From the NCBI RefSeq assembly GCF_009914755.1, contig NC_060929.1: 64,000 nucleotides of DNA, one strand, 5' to 3'. Both the position numbers and the translations under genes were made by a program. The notes beneath the pieces were generated by a model. The model saw nothing but the letters and a program-made list of their open reading frames with translations. It was not told the DNA's origin and did no database searches. This document shows, piece by piece, positions 51,920-64,000 of this stretch. This DNA is from the human T2T-CHM13v2.0 reference genome, Homo sapiens. Every line of letters begins with the position of its first letter. Position 1 is the first letter of the stretch.

Positions 51920-54459
51920 ACAATGAGAACACATGGACACAGGGAGAGGAACATCACACACCAGGGGCTGCTGGGGGGTGGAGAGCTAGGGGAGGGACAG
52001 CATTAGGAGAAATACCTAATGTAGATGACGGGTTGATGGGTGCAGCAAACCACCATGGCACATGTATACCTATGTAACAAACATGCACATTCTGCACATG
52101 TATCCCAGAACTTAAAGTATAATAAAAAAAGAATAAAATAGTCAGAAACTCTATATGCACATTGTAAATATAAATGTTAGCTAGTTAGCTAGTACCTTTC
52201 ATAATATTGCAAAATAATATATATTTGCAATATTCATTACATTAATTCATAAAATTCATAAAATTCTTAAAATTAATTAAGGTTTGAGGAATTTGTATTT
52301 AAGAATCTACCTTCTGAATATGTGCTTAGGTTAAAGGAGAGGCAGTCTGCATTAATAATTCAAAATGCTCTATTTATCCTTGCCTAATTAAAAAAGGAGT
52401 CTTCACTGAATCTGTTGAGTGGAATGGTGTGTCTGTATGTCACTAAAATCTCTGCACCACTGGCTTTTCTCTTCTCTTTAGAAGTGTTTAATAGAGGAGC
52501 AAATGCCATTGTAAATATGCCATGGCTTTACAAGGGGAGGACACTTAATCCCACATGTATTAAGATACTACTACATAGCAGGCATTAAGCTAGGTGTTAG
52601 GGGCTTTAAGATCAATGTGATATAATTTGTCTTTGATAAGCTTATATGTCAGAGAGACAAATAGATAAAGAGGTCATTTCAAGATCATAGTTTTACATTA
52701 GTATTAGGGCAGAAGCATTCAAGGGTTTTTTTGGAAAAAAGAATGCTGACCCATTCTGGTAAGTTAAGGTAGTGCCTGAACTGAGTCTTCAAAGATAAAA
52801 GTTAGCCAAGCAGAGGGTAGTTCAGGCAGTTACAAAGACACGAACAATTCCAACCGGGTTCTAGTCCTGCTATGGCTAGTATGCTGAGCACGGTTGTGCA
52901 GGCTGTGCTCTGAAGTCCAGCCCATGCTTTCACTTCTACCTAAGTACTTTTTTGAAATTCATCTGCCCACCTTTCTATAATTTCTTTATTGAGAATTGAG
53001 ATCTTTTTATATTTGTTTTTATCAAAAGGGGCAGTTTTCTGTAGTTCATACAAAAGCACTGTATTTTTAGGCTGGTGCTATTGGTCAGAGGGTAAGGATT
53101 TATCTTCATATCATCTTTAACTCACAAGTTTTCTAAGCATCGATTACTTGTTTAGCCCCTTATTCTCTCTTCTTAAGGCTTGTAAGCATCCTGATGTTTA
53201 TGCCTCTGGGTTGTCAACAGTTTGCTATGTGTTAAAGATTGAGAAATAGGTAAACAGAACTAGGTTTCACTCTGGGTTGTCCCTCTGCTGTCTAGACCAG
53301 AGTCAATGCAAACCAAAAGTAACATGGACCACTGGCCGTCCACCTAAGGGAGTGCTTCTCAAAAGGGAACAAGTGCACACTGAGGTTGCTTCCAGGAACG
53401 TTAGCTTCCAAGGGCTTGTGCATTCTCCAGACTCTTCTTTCCACATGGTGTCTCTCTTTTTATTCCTTCCTCTCAGCCGGTTGCCTCTAGGTAGACTGTG
53501 CCAATTAAAATCTTCTTCTGCCATAAGCCTCCAAATCTCTTCCTCTCTCTCTTTCTCTCTCATGTTTCTGCAGTAGGTGATTCACATCTACATGTTTGTG
53601 TGCCGGCTTGGAAGACGGAAAATGTCCTCAGAGGCACAAATGGAAGAGTTCACTAAGTTCAGAGAAAGTATGTGTATAGGCAAAAACAGATGAAAACGTG
53701 TAAGTATTATATTACTATATGAACTGGAAATCAATTGCAAAAAAACATTTTGGGAACACCTAGAATAGTGATTGGGACATACAATCACTTAGTTTAACTG
53801 GAAGAAGTCATATAAAACAAACCTTTGAAAAATATTGGTCTAGTGCTGGTAATCAACAGTGTTCCATTAGGATATCAAACTCAAATAAGCAAGGAGATTA
53901 CTTTGATTAGCCACTGTCTTAGGAGATGTTAGGAAAATATTAACCCCATAGATAATAAAGGATTGAAGATAAGTAGTTTATTTTTTTTTCTACTCCTTTG
54001 GCAAATATGAGCAGGCCTCTAAGTAAATTCAAAAGGTTTTAAATTTCTAGTTTGGTATTTCTGAGGGGCTCCAAGGAAAAGGTTGCAAACTGAGAACTAT
54101 GACTCTGAACAATTGTGCTTGGGGAAGTCTTAATCCAGCAAAGTTTTGCTTTTACTTAGCAGTCAAACCAAATCTTTGATCCCTAGCCAAGAAAACTAGT
54201 AGTTTATTAGTGGTTATCAATTGGCAAGTAAAATACACATTTCAGAGAGGAAAACGTGTTGGGATAGAGTTATCTGGACAAATTAGAGGATGAGTTCATT
54301 TGATCAGGGTTACTGGGAGCAGTGGATATTGTGATAAGAGCATGACTTAAAGAGATTAAACAAATACTGCTACTTACATTAGGCAGGAATATAATTTTTG
54401 GCAAGGTTTTCAAAAGCCTGCAGTCATTCTGCCACCACCCTGTACACCACCTTATGACA

Positions 54460-54645
54460 ATGCTTCCAAGGTGTAGGCTGAGGACCGCATGCATCAAAAT
54501 CACCTGCAGTACTCTAAAATATCAGATTCCTGTATTCTACTCTGAGTTTACAGCATCAGTATCTTTTAGAGTGAGGCTTGAGAATCTCACTGTTTTTAAA
54601 ATCACTGAAGTATTCTTAGGTCCATTACCATTTGAGAATTGTTGA
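54460..54645. mobile_element. MER5-family hAT relic
   Basis: gcatcaaaatcacctg...cagattcctg...tttgagaattgttg. Confidence 0.55.
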
Positions 54646-54995
54646 CATATAGAATACTATGTACTATATACAGCTCTGATTTGCAAACATATAGGAGTTT
54701 ATGCAAAGAAGCTATAGATTTAGATTTCAAGATGTAGAAATTCCATGGTATGCATATATCTCCTCATGGGAGGAATAGAGAAATACATTTCTACTTCAAA
54801 ATAAATCTGTACTGACTAAACCAATATACTTTTTATTTAGGTTTTTCCTCCTTAAAAAATGTTTTTTAAATAGTTGTATACAGATGAACTGGAAAGAACT
54901 GAGAAGGAATAGATGAGTAGGAAGTTGGGGGAAAGTCTAGTATTCACATAGCCTGTTTATAATTAAAGCTATCAATGTGGATAAGTAAGTTACAC

Positions 54996-55192
54996 TGAAT
55001 GGTATGCTGGTAAGTGTTTAACAACTAGCACTTCAGGAAAGAGTCCTGATTTGTAGAATTTGATGATTTCTGTGGTGTGAAACACCTCTAAATTGGTTAA
55101 TTTAAGCTACCGATATTTTAACAAATGGCTAGCAGAGTTCCCGATTTTGATAAATCAGTTTAGGTGAACCAATGTCAGCCAGCTCCACCAAT
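54996..55192 (-). mobile_element. MER63-like hAT relic
   Basis: tggtatgctggtaagtgtttaacaactagc...agccagctcca; termini resemble recalled MER63. Confidence 0.45.
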
Positions 55193-56173
55193 TTCATGTA
55201 TGTACCATTATTTATGCCTAATTTCTCAAAGTTAACTTTGTAATTTATTTATTATATTAAGCAGTAAATAGTGTCCTCTCTCAGCTCCAGTCAACATTCA
55301 TATGTCCATGTAATTTTTCACATTTTGCTGCTCTTTTAAAATCATTATAATTTTGATATGTTAAGACAGGCAGTGAACTGCTTTCTTAGAATTATACTTT
55401 CTTAATGTGCTTTGAAAAGGAATAAAGAGATCTTACACTAGTAATGGAAACTAATAGTAACCATAAGATGAAATAAGTTAGTCATTTTTAGAAAGTATTT
55501 CTAAAACAAAATGGCATCAATATATTAGATACCATTTGATGCATTTTTTAAAAAAATTCTCTTCTGCAAAATAATTTGGTTCATAGACTTGAAGAATAAG
55601 GAGGTATCTGGCTCAATTGCTTTAAAAAAAACCCTAAATAACTATGCTTAATATTCACTGAGAAGTGGAAGCTGATTGCTCTGGCAGCCGATAGGTCTGA
55701 CAGGGAAATAGTTGTATAATTTTCCTTTGGAAAGAAAGGAAAGGCACGGAAGAAATTTGAGGGATTTTTAAACAGTACCCAAATATACCCACAAGCAACT
55801 TTTCTGAGTTGGAAAGTATCATGTGAGAAAGACACATATATTTTGAGAAAGCTCCCCATGATAATTCTGATTGAATTGTTATATACCATCTCTGGGCTGC
55901 TCCCCTTGCCTCTGCCCTTATCTCTACCCATCGCACTCTCCCTTGAGAAACACTGCATTAGAGTATAGGCAAAATACTGGATTTGAATTTTGATTCATTT
56001 GGTTCTACTTGAAAATGTTATTTTTAGAGGAATTTAAGAATCAGGAATTTAATTTTCAATGTGCCATTAAATTGTTCCTCTAGTGAGTAATTCAGCTAAA
56101 ATAATATTGGCTAATTAGTAGGGAAGGATATTGTGGTGACGATGATTAAAAATGCCAAATATCTGGACTATAT

Positions 56174-56538
56174 ATTCTTGTGGACTAAACTGTCTTCCCC
56201 CAGTTTTATATGTTGAAGCTCCAATATGAATATGTTTGCAGACATGGCCTTTAAGGAAGTAATTAAGTTTAAATGTGGCTACAAATCATCTTTAAGAGAA
56301 GGATAAGAGACACTACGATGTCTGTCTCTCTCTGCATGTTCACAGAGAAAAGGTCATGTGAGGACGCAGTAAGAAGGTTACCATTTGCAAACTGGGAAGA
56401 AAGCCCTTACCAGAATCCAATCAGCTGGCACTTTGATTTTGGACTTCAAGCCTTCAGAACTATGAGAAAATTAATTTCTGTTGTTTAAACCATGCAATCT
56501 ATGGTATTTTGTTATGACAGCCTGAGAGGACTAATACA
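56174..56538 (+). mobile_element. MLT1A-like solo LTR
   Basis: atatgttgaagc...ggacttcaagccttcagaactatgagaaaa...gactaataca. Confidence 0.75.
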
Positions 56539-56689
56539 TATATGTTATAAAAGTTCCTTTTTATTACTTTCAAAAATATAATTAAAAACAGGCCATATGT
56601 TCTTTTAATAACCACCGCCATAACAACAATGGCTCATATTGATTGAATTACTTTTATCAGGCATAGTCCCAATTTCTGTGCTAATATTG

Positions 56690-56860
56690 ACCCATTAAAT
56701 CTTTCCAAGGCTATTAAGTTGGTACCATTATTGTTTTCCCTGCATGACCAAATAAGGAAATGGAGACAGAAGAGTTTAAGGAATTTGCTCAATGCCACAT
56801 ACCACAGAAGTGGTAGCATTTGGATTTGAGCCCATAATTCTGGCTTAAGAGTTCAAGTAA
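56690..56860 (-). mobile_element. MIR relic
   Basis: aaggaaatggagacagaagagtttaaggaatttgctcaatgccaca...ggatttgagccca. Confidence 0.6.
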
Positions 56861-56992
56861 GTTCTTCCTCATTATGTTTTAGGAATAATACATGACTGAT
56901 AAATAATTATTTTATGCTTATATAAAGGTTTAATTCCTAAAAGAAGTTCTTTATCTAAATTGCCTTTCATCTTCCTCCATCAAGTTACCATT

Positions 56993-57976
56993 TGTCCAAG
57001 TCCATTTTGTGCTGCTATAACAAAATATCTGAGACTGGGTAATTTATGAAAAACAGAAATTTATTTCTCACAGTTCTGGAGGCTGTGAAGTCTAAGATCA
57101 AGGAATCAACAGGTTCAGTTCTCCATGAGGGCTTCTCTCTGCTTCCAAGATGTTGCCTTGATGCTGCATCCTCTGAAGGGAAGGAAAGCTATATCTTCAC
57201 ATGGCAGAGGGCAGAAGGACAAAAAAGATGCCAACATTCCCTATGTCAATCCCTTTCATAATGGCATTAATCTATTAATAAAGGTGAGGTCCCAAGACCT
57301 AAACACCTTTCAAAATGCCCCACCTCCCCACACTGTTGCACTGGAGATGACATTTCCATCACATGAATTTTAAGGAAACACATTCAGACCATAGCATTCT
57401 GTCACAGCCCCCAAAATTCATGCCCATTTTACAACCCAAATAGATTTATTTCATCCCAATAGCTCCCAAAGTCTTAACTGATTCTAACATTGATTCGAAG
57501 TCTAGAGTCCAGAGTCTCATCTATGTCAGATATGGATGAGAATCAAGACATGACTCATTCTGAGGCATATTTCCCTCCAGCTGTGAGCCTGCAAAATAAA
57601 CAAGTTATTTGCTTCTAAAATAAAGTGATGGGACAGGCATAGATAGAATAGACATTTTTATTTCCAAAGGGGGAAATAGGTAAAAAAGAAGAAGTAACAG
57701 TTCCCAAATAAGGTCAAAATCCAATATGGCAAACCATTAAATATAAGACTGCAGAATCATCTTCTTTAACACTATGCCCCACAGCCTGGACACACGGCGT
57801 ATGGGGTCGGTCTCCAAGGCTCTAAGGGACCCTGTTGCCATTGTTCTCAAGAATTGGAGTTGGGTGCCTGCAGGTCTCAGGCTGGTACTGCACACTGGTA
57901 GCTCTACAGTTCTGAGGTCTCCTGCCCTCAAGGCTTCATTAAGCACTACCCCAATGGGGGCCATCTACAGTAGCTA
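56993..57976 (-). mobile_element. MaLR (MST/MLT1A-type) LTR at 56993-57396 plus adjoining internal sequence, interrupted by MER41
   Basis: gtccattttgtgctgctataacaaaata.ctgagactgggtaatttat...cacattcagaccatagca, followed by MaLR-internal-like sequence. Confidence 0.75.
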
Positions 57977-58519
57977 TAAGATAGAAGTTTGGCAGGACTG
58001 GTTTCACAAGATACAGGTCACAAACATCCCACTGATAAAACAGGATGCAGTAAAGAGGCTAGCCAAAACACACCAAACCCCAGATGGTGAAGAAAGTGCC
58101 CTTTGATTGTGCTCACTGCTCATTATATGCTAATTACAATAATTATCATACTAAAGGAAACTCTCACCAATGCCATGACCATTTACAAATTTTATGGCAA
58201 TGTCTGGAAGTTGCCCTATATGGTCTGAAAAGGTGAGGGACCCTCAGTTCTGTGAATTCCCAACTCTTTTCCTGGAAAACTTACAAATATTCTACCCCTT
58301 ATTTAGCAAATGATCAAGAAATAAACATAAAAATAGCCAACCAGCAGCCCTCAGGGCTGCTTTGCCTATAGAGTAGCCAGTCTTTTATTCTTTTACTTTC
58401 ATAATTTACTTGTTTTCACTTTACTTGGCCAGCTTGCTCTGGAATTTCTTCCTGCATGAAGCCAAGAATCCACGTGGCCTCCTTGGCTGAACCCCAATTT
58501 TGGGGTTCTCCCTGTGACA
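57977..58519 (+). mobile_element. MER41-family ERV1 5' LTR
   Basis: cacaagatacaggtcacaaa...ctgataaaacaggatgc...ccctatatggtct...ccagcagccctcagggctgct; ends TGTGACA. Confidence 0.85.
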
Positions 58520-58526
58520 TCTTCTT

Positions 58527-58544
58527 TGGTGACCACAAAGGGAC
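58527..58544 (+). other. Retroviral primer-binding site, tRNA-Arg type
   Basis: TGGTGACCACAAAGGGAC versus the recalled tRNA-Arg(CCG) 3'-end complement TGGCGACCACGAAGGGAC; the two differences are CpG transitions. Confidence 0.75.
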
Positions 58545-61500
58545 AATGGAGACCTCCACCAGGAACCCAAATTAAGACTGATTGGCACAATTTGGACCTG
58601 CCAGGAGGATGAGTCTCCCTTTGTCCAGATTCAACTAGCTACCTTTTTTTCCCCTTCAGGTTTGGCTCCTCTGTCCTATCCTACGTTCTTTTAACTTTGG
58701 ACAGACCAAGAAGTGGACATGAGACCCTGGCCATCTCCCATTATCTATGTATCCTGGACAGCAGCATGCCTGGTCAGCCACATCCTTCGTAACTCCCCTT
58801 GTTACTCCATCTCTCGAACCTTTTGTCTTTAGTTTCTAATGAATGGCCATTTTACTTTTTTCTTCTTAGTGCTGAAATGCATGTTTATGCTTACTTCATT
58901 GTCACATTTGTTGTCTTTGCATTGGCTATTTGGGCAATTGTTTAAGGTAGGACATTTGGTTATGAGGGGTCCCCTGTTCTACTGACCTTGGGATGCCAGA
59001 GCAGTGTTGTTCTGTGACCCCAACTGTGTTAGATCTCACACATGCCTTTGGTGTTCACTGTTGGCCATCCCCCCAGATGCTCTGGGGTTTTTGGCATTTG
59101 GTGTGGGGAACGTCACTGGCTTTGGTACTGTTGACCACCCCTGGGATGCTCTGGGATTTTTGGCATTTGCATTCCCTCTAGGATTGTGGGTGAGATTCCC
59201 ATCCTAGGTGAATTTTGGTCTCACCTTTTCTTGTTTTCTACTCCAAAGTTATTTTCTGTAACAGCATTTTTTTTCTTATTTTGCCTTTATTTAATGCTTT
59301 GCTACAGGAGGTGGAAATTTGCAGGGGAAAATAATTGGGCTTTCACTAGACTTAGAAAAATGTATGTGTCTAGTAAAGATGTTTGTTAGACACCGGGAAA
59401 ATGGTAAGTCCTAAAGGACTCACCACTAGGGTGCCTTTTAGGGAACTGGGGCAAATTCAAATTAGCAAACAAAGTTTAGCCATGTGGACAAATACCAATT
59501 CTGTCTGAGAAATAATTTGGATCCAGCTATCTTTTATAAAATAATGAGTTTGTGTTACTATATCATGGCTAGAGTTCCAAGATAAAAGTCACTGGATATT
59601 TGTTTATGTGTGTGTATGCATGTCTAGATGTGTTTATATATATGTGCATTTATTATGGTATATATTGTGTCTGTGGGGTACCAAATGGTTTATAAATAAA
59701 AGAGCATTCATAAATTAAATAAACAAGTCCAAGCATTTTTCTAGTTCACATGACTTAAGCTCACTAAAATTATGGTTACTAAAAATTCATGTATAATTCT
59801 GTATATAAAATGTGCCAAAGAATATATACTTTTATTGAAAAAATTTTGGCCAATTCGGCTGTTATTTAAAGTGGAATTTAAAATATGGATTTAGGAAAAA
59901 AATAGAAATAAGGTAAGTAGGGGAGAGAGATATGAAGAAAGTTATGGATATGAAGATGCATTTTTGGTAAGGAAGGTTACAAAGAAAAGAAATTTTATGT
60001 GAAAATCTTACATGGTAAATTCTTGTCCTAAAGTAGAATGACTGATTATTTAGGAAAGAAGGAAATATAGGTCAAGTCAGAAAGTCCAAGCATGTCATAG
60101 ATGGTCTGTGTAAGCTGCAATAAGCTTCATAAATGGGAATTTATTAAAAATTGTATATATATTTAAATTAGCCGTAACTGAAAGGAAATTTATTTGTGAT
60201 AGTTTATCTAAATTTTGGTCTCCTATGTTAAAACAAGTTCGTTTTCTTTTTTTAATGTATTGGTTTGCTTTCAGTAAGATTGCAAGAAATATTGACTTTT
60301 GACTTTAAAAACTGTTTCCTCTTAAGGCTTCTCAGATGTTTATCTTTTTCTTTTCCCTTGAAAAGGTATATCCATTGTAAACTCAAAAATGGCCGCTCTA
60401 GACACCTTCTGGGAAGAGCAAATGATGCTCCCCTCATGCTGTAGCTCATTAGCTAAGGCTTTAGCCTTTTATGTTCACAGCCTGGGTTCAATTCCTATCT
60501 TAGGGAATGTGTTCTTACTGGTTTGATACTTGCAGGACTTTTGCTATTTACTCGTTCTTTTTCCCTCCACATACAGCTTCTGATTTCCTGACTTGAATTT
60601 TCTTTTCTCCAGGCTACCATAGGAATGATTCTAGATCTTGTAAAAACCACTTGCCATCTCTTTGGAGACACCTCATGTGTCTGTGGTGAAGTCATAAGTT
60701 TAGTTAATGCTTATGGGTTTTACTTGGGAAAATACTTTTGAGAAAAAAAAAAGGCTTAAAAAACCAGAGGCTTCAGCTGTTTTTCCTGGCTAGAGTCTGG
60801 TCTGGTATTAAGAGATTTAAATGTATTTTTAAAAAAGAGCTCTATAGATAAAATCCAGCTTAATTAAAAAGGGATATCCAAGCTGCCATATATATATACA
60901 CAAACACACATATATATGTACGTATGTATATATTTAAACCTCTTTATGCTTTTTCTTTTCTTGGATCTTGTGTTTTTGATAAAAAGGGATTTTTTTGTTT
61001 TGTTTTTCTTCCCAGTTGACTGAATTATTTCTCCAGTCTGTCTTCTTGCCTTCCTCAGTGTCCACATGAGAGAACCTAAGGTAATTTCTGACAGTCTGGG
61101 ACTCCTTGGAAAACAAAGTGGAGGTGCCACAGACTCCATTTTGGGGAAAACCTCTGTTTTCTTCATGGAACCCCAGGGATTGTGAGTAGATAGATACCTC
61201 TCCACATCTAGGGCTTTGCTCTGTTTTGAATTGTGTTACCTGAGCTTTTTGACTTTTGGGAGCATCAAAAATTACTTTACATTTTAAAAAGCTTTTAACC
61301 TTGGTGTATAATAGCTAGACAGGAAATACACTTTTGGGAATTGCTAAGGGCAGTTACTGAAGAATGGAATACTTCACTCTTTGATGTTGCGTAAGAAAAG
61401 TATGCTTTTGACCTCCTGGAAGGTATGGAAGCATTTTCAACCCCCACTGAGATGTAAGACTCCCATGGAGGATGGGCTAATTATAGATGGGCTAATTGGC

Positions 61501-62076
61501 TTTGGGTTACCCACCAGCCTCTGGGGAATGCCTGTGCAATAAAATGCACAGTGAAAGCATTGCACTGTGTTATCCATGGTGTTTGTCACTTTTTTAGGGA
61601 CCAATAATTCAGTTTAAAAATGAGATTAATTATTTTTGAGAGATCTCCTTTTGCCTTCCATCTATGCTCACCAATGAGGCCCTAGAAACTGCAGGTTTTC
61701 CTGGTCTTGTTCCTTAAAAGGCTCCACCCTAAAGCCAATAATCCAATTAAGATTTTTACATGTTTAAGGAAATCTCCAGGTGTAAGGGTGTCTACTTTTC
61801 TTGACTGTTTTGACTAAACTTTCAACCATGCCATTTTTCACTTAAAAATTATCCCTTTAAAAATGCAAATTTGGAACTACTTGGCTGACAGTTGTTTAGA
61901 ACAAGGGAACAGGTAATCGGGAGACTGATGGTTTAAAATTAAAAAGAGAAACTTTACTACAAATAAAAAACCTTATCAACCTACCAGATCTGCCTCCGTC
62001 TGTGAATTTATATGTGTTGTGTGTGTAATGTTTCACTAACAAAATATATGAAAGAGCTCTAATTAATTGGCTTTTA

Positions 62077-62401
<325 letters not shown>

Positions 62402-63829
62402 TCAAATATTTTGTCAGAAAAATAAAAACTTTAATGCCTTTTAGTTCATGTGACTCTAACAGTCTTTTAAAAACAAAGACAGTTTAAAGATTACTGGTAA
62501 ATTAAAATGAAAATGTCTTCAAAATTTAGATATTTCGTCTAAATTATGCTGGTCCTACATTAGATTTACTAAATGCTTTAAGGATATAAACCACTTTTAT
62601 TACTTTTGATAATTTTTGACTTACCTGCTCTAGAGCTATTAGATACTAGATAATGCCTGGGGACATATAGAATTAACAATGCCCCCTAGCTATGCTGGAA
62701 AGAGTCAGATGTTATCCGGAGTTCTGTCTTGTAACCTAGGCTCTGCCCCTAATAAGTAATTAAAATTGTTCACATTAAAAATAATATAAAGTATGTGTTC
62801 CTGGTAAAAAAAAAAAGTATGAGAATGTGGTTTTTTAAAAAGAAAGTAATTTTGTCTAATTTAGAGGGTTTAAGAATCATTTTAAGTTAAACTAAAGGTT
62901 TAAGTAAGTTGTGGAAGATTTATGAAAAAATTAGCCTTTTAAAGAATTCTGTGTGTGAGCAAGTTGACTAAAATTAAAAAAGTATTATTTAATTTTTCCA
63001 TAAATTGAATACTAAAATAAAAGCATACTGATGCAGGTCTGCTGTTTGGGCCCATATGTCAGAATAAAAGTTTTGGGGAACATTGATCTGCTCTTTAATA
63101 GAAAATTATAAAAGATTATAAAAGGTTTATGGAAATCTTACCTTATGGTAAAATGAATTAAACTTGGATAGATTTGTTTATAAGATTTTATTAAAAATTA
63201 GCTTTAGCATTAATGATACACTAATGCAAAGATGAAATTTAGTTTCTCTTTTGAATAAGATTATTGTATAATACTGAGAAACAATAAAAGATTTTTGTTT
63301 GCCTTTTAAATAAACTACAGGTAAAAAAGGGGGATGGAAAAGAAACAGATTTATTTGGCCTTGTGCTGTTTTTATTGGATCTTGTTGTTTGAAAAGCTGA
63401 GTCTGCTCTCTACCAATCGGTAAAGATTTTTGCCTTTTTGAAATTTTGAGTTATCATTTCGGCTAAATAAATGACTTACAGTGACCTGGGATTCTATTGT
63501 GTAATATGAAGTGTTTTAAACCTTTGATATTTGGCAAACTTTCCAAGATCAAGTTTTAAATTAAGTTTGTTTTTTTTTAACGTGATTAAGACTTTTTGAT
63601 ATTAGATCCTGTAATGTCCAAAAGAGAAATATTTGGCTTATTTGATATATTAAAATCATACAAGGAGTATTGTCAAATATAAAATGTAAATTGCTGTCTA
63701 CCACAAAGTTTACCAGATTTCCATGCTAATTACATCTTAGGACTGTGGCTGTCCTAAGGCTTTTGTTACCCATGGATAATTATTGACTTGTTCTAATTCT
63801 TTTCAAAAGGCAGTTTATACTTAGCTATA

Positions 63830-64000
63830 GGAGCCTTGCTCTGTCACCCAGGCTAGAGTGCAGTGGCATGATCTTGTCTCACTGCAACATCCACCTCCTG
63901 GGTTCAAATGATTCTCCCGTTTCAGCCTCTTGAGTAGCTGGGATTATAGTCACACACTACCACACCTAGCTAATTTTTTATATTTTTAGTAGAGATGGGG
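63830..64000 (-). mobile_element. Alu lacking its tail; runs off the window end
   Basis: Alu right arm and linker, with no poly-T. Confidence 0.9.

Larger units (their letters stand above)
45769..52128 (+). mobile_element. Full-length, decayed LINE-1 (L1PA7-like)
   Basis: 5' end ...CAAGATGGCC, ~1.2-kb 5' UTR, ORF1, ORF2, 3' UTR and A tail. TSD AAGAATAAAATnnTC at 45754-45768 and 52129-52143, at a TT/AAGA endonuclease site. Confidence 0.97.

Noticed and set aside
45769-52128. Active (retrotransposition-competent) L1
   Set aside because: Multiple stops and frameshifts in both ORFs, and a CpG-decayed 5' UTR.

Overview
Eukaryotic, primate (human-like) genomic DNA, AT-rich and dominated by transposable elements. 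I see no intact protein-coding exon and nothing prokaryotic (no operons, CRISPR, rRNA or tRNA). The one gene feature I recognise, from memory of the mRNA rather than an alignment, is the non-coding first exon of HAPLN1 (cartilage link protein) on the minus strand (~13297-13586). Bases 1-13296 would then be intron 1, with a promoter/CpG island at ~13600-15200 and ~49 kb of upstream intergenic sequence. That upstream part holds a full-length RPL13A processed pseudogene nested in an old L1M, a full-length decayed L1PA7-like element, a THE1 provirus interrupted by an internally deleted L1, a twin-primed L1, a MER41 LTR with ERV1 internal sequence, about 15 Alus and older L2/MIR/DNA-transposon relics. 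I found no convincing new gene system. The best second-look items are a locally templated plus snap-back insertion in an MLT1 LTR, candidate SOX9/CTCF/STAT regulatory sites, candidate alternative or divergent first exons, and unusual L1 rearrangements. All repeat subfamily names are from recalled consensus sequences and need RepeatMasker/Dfam confirmation.
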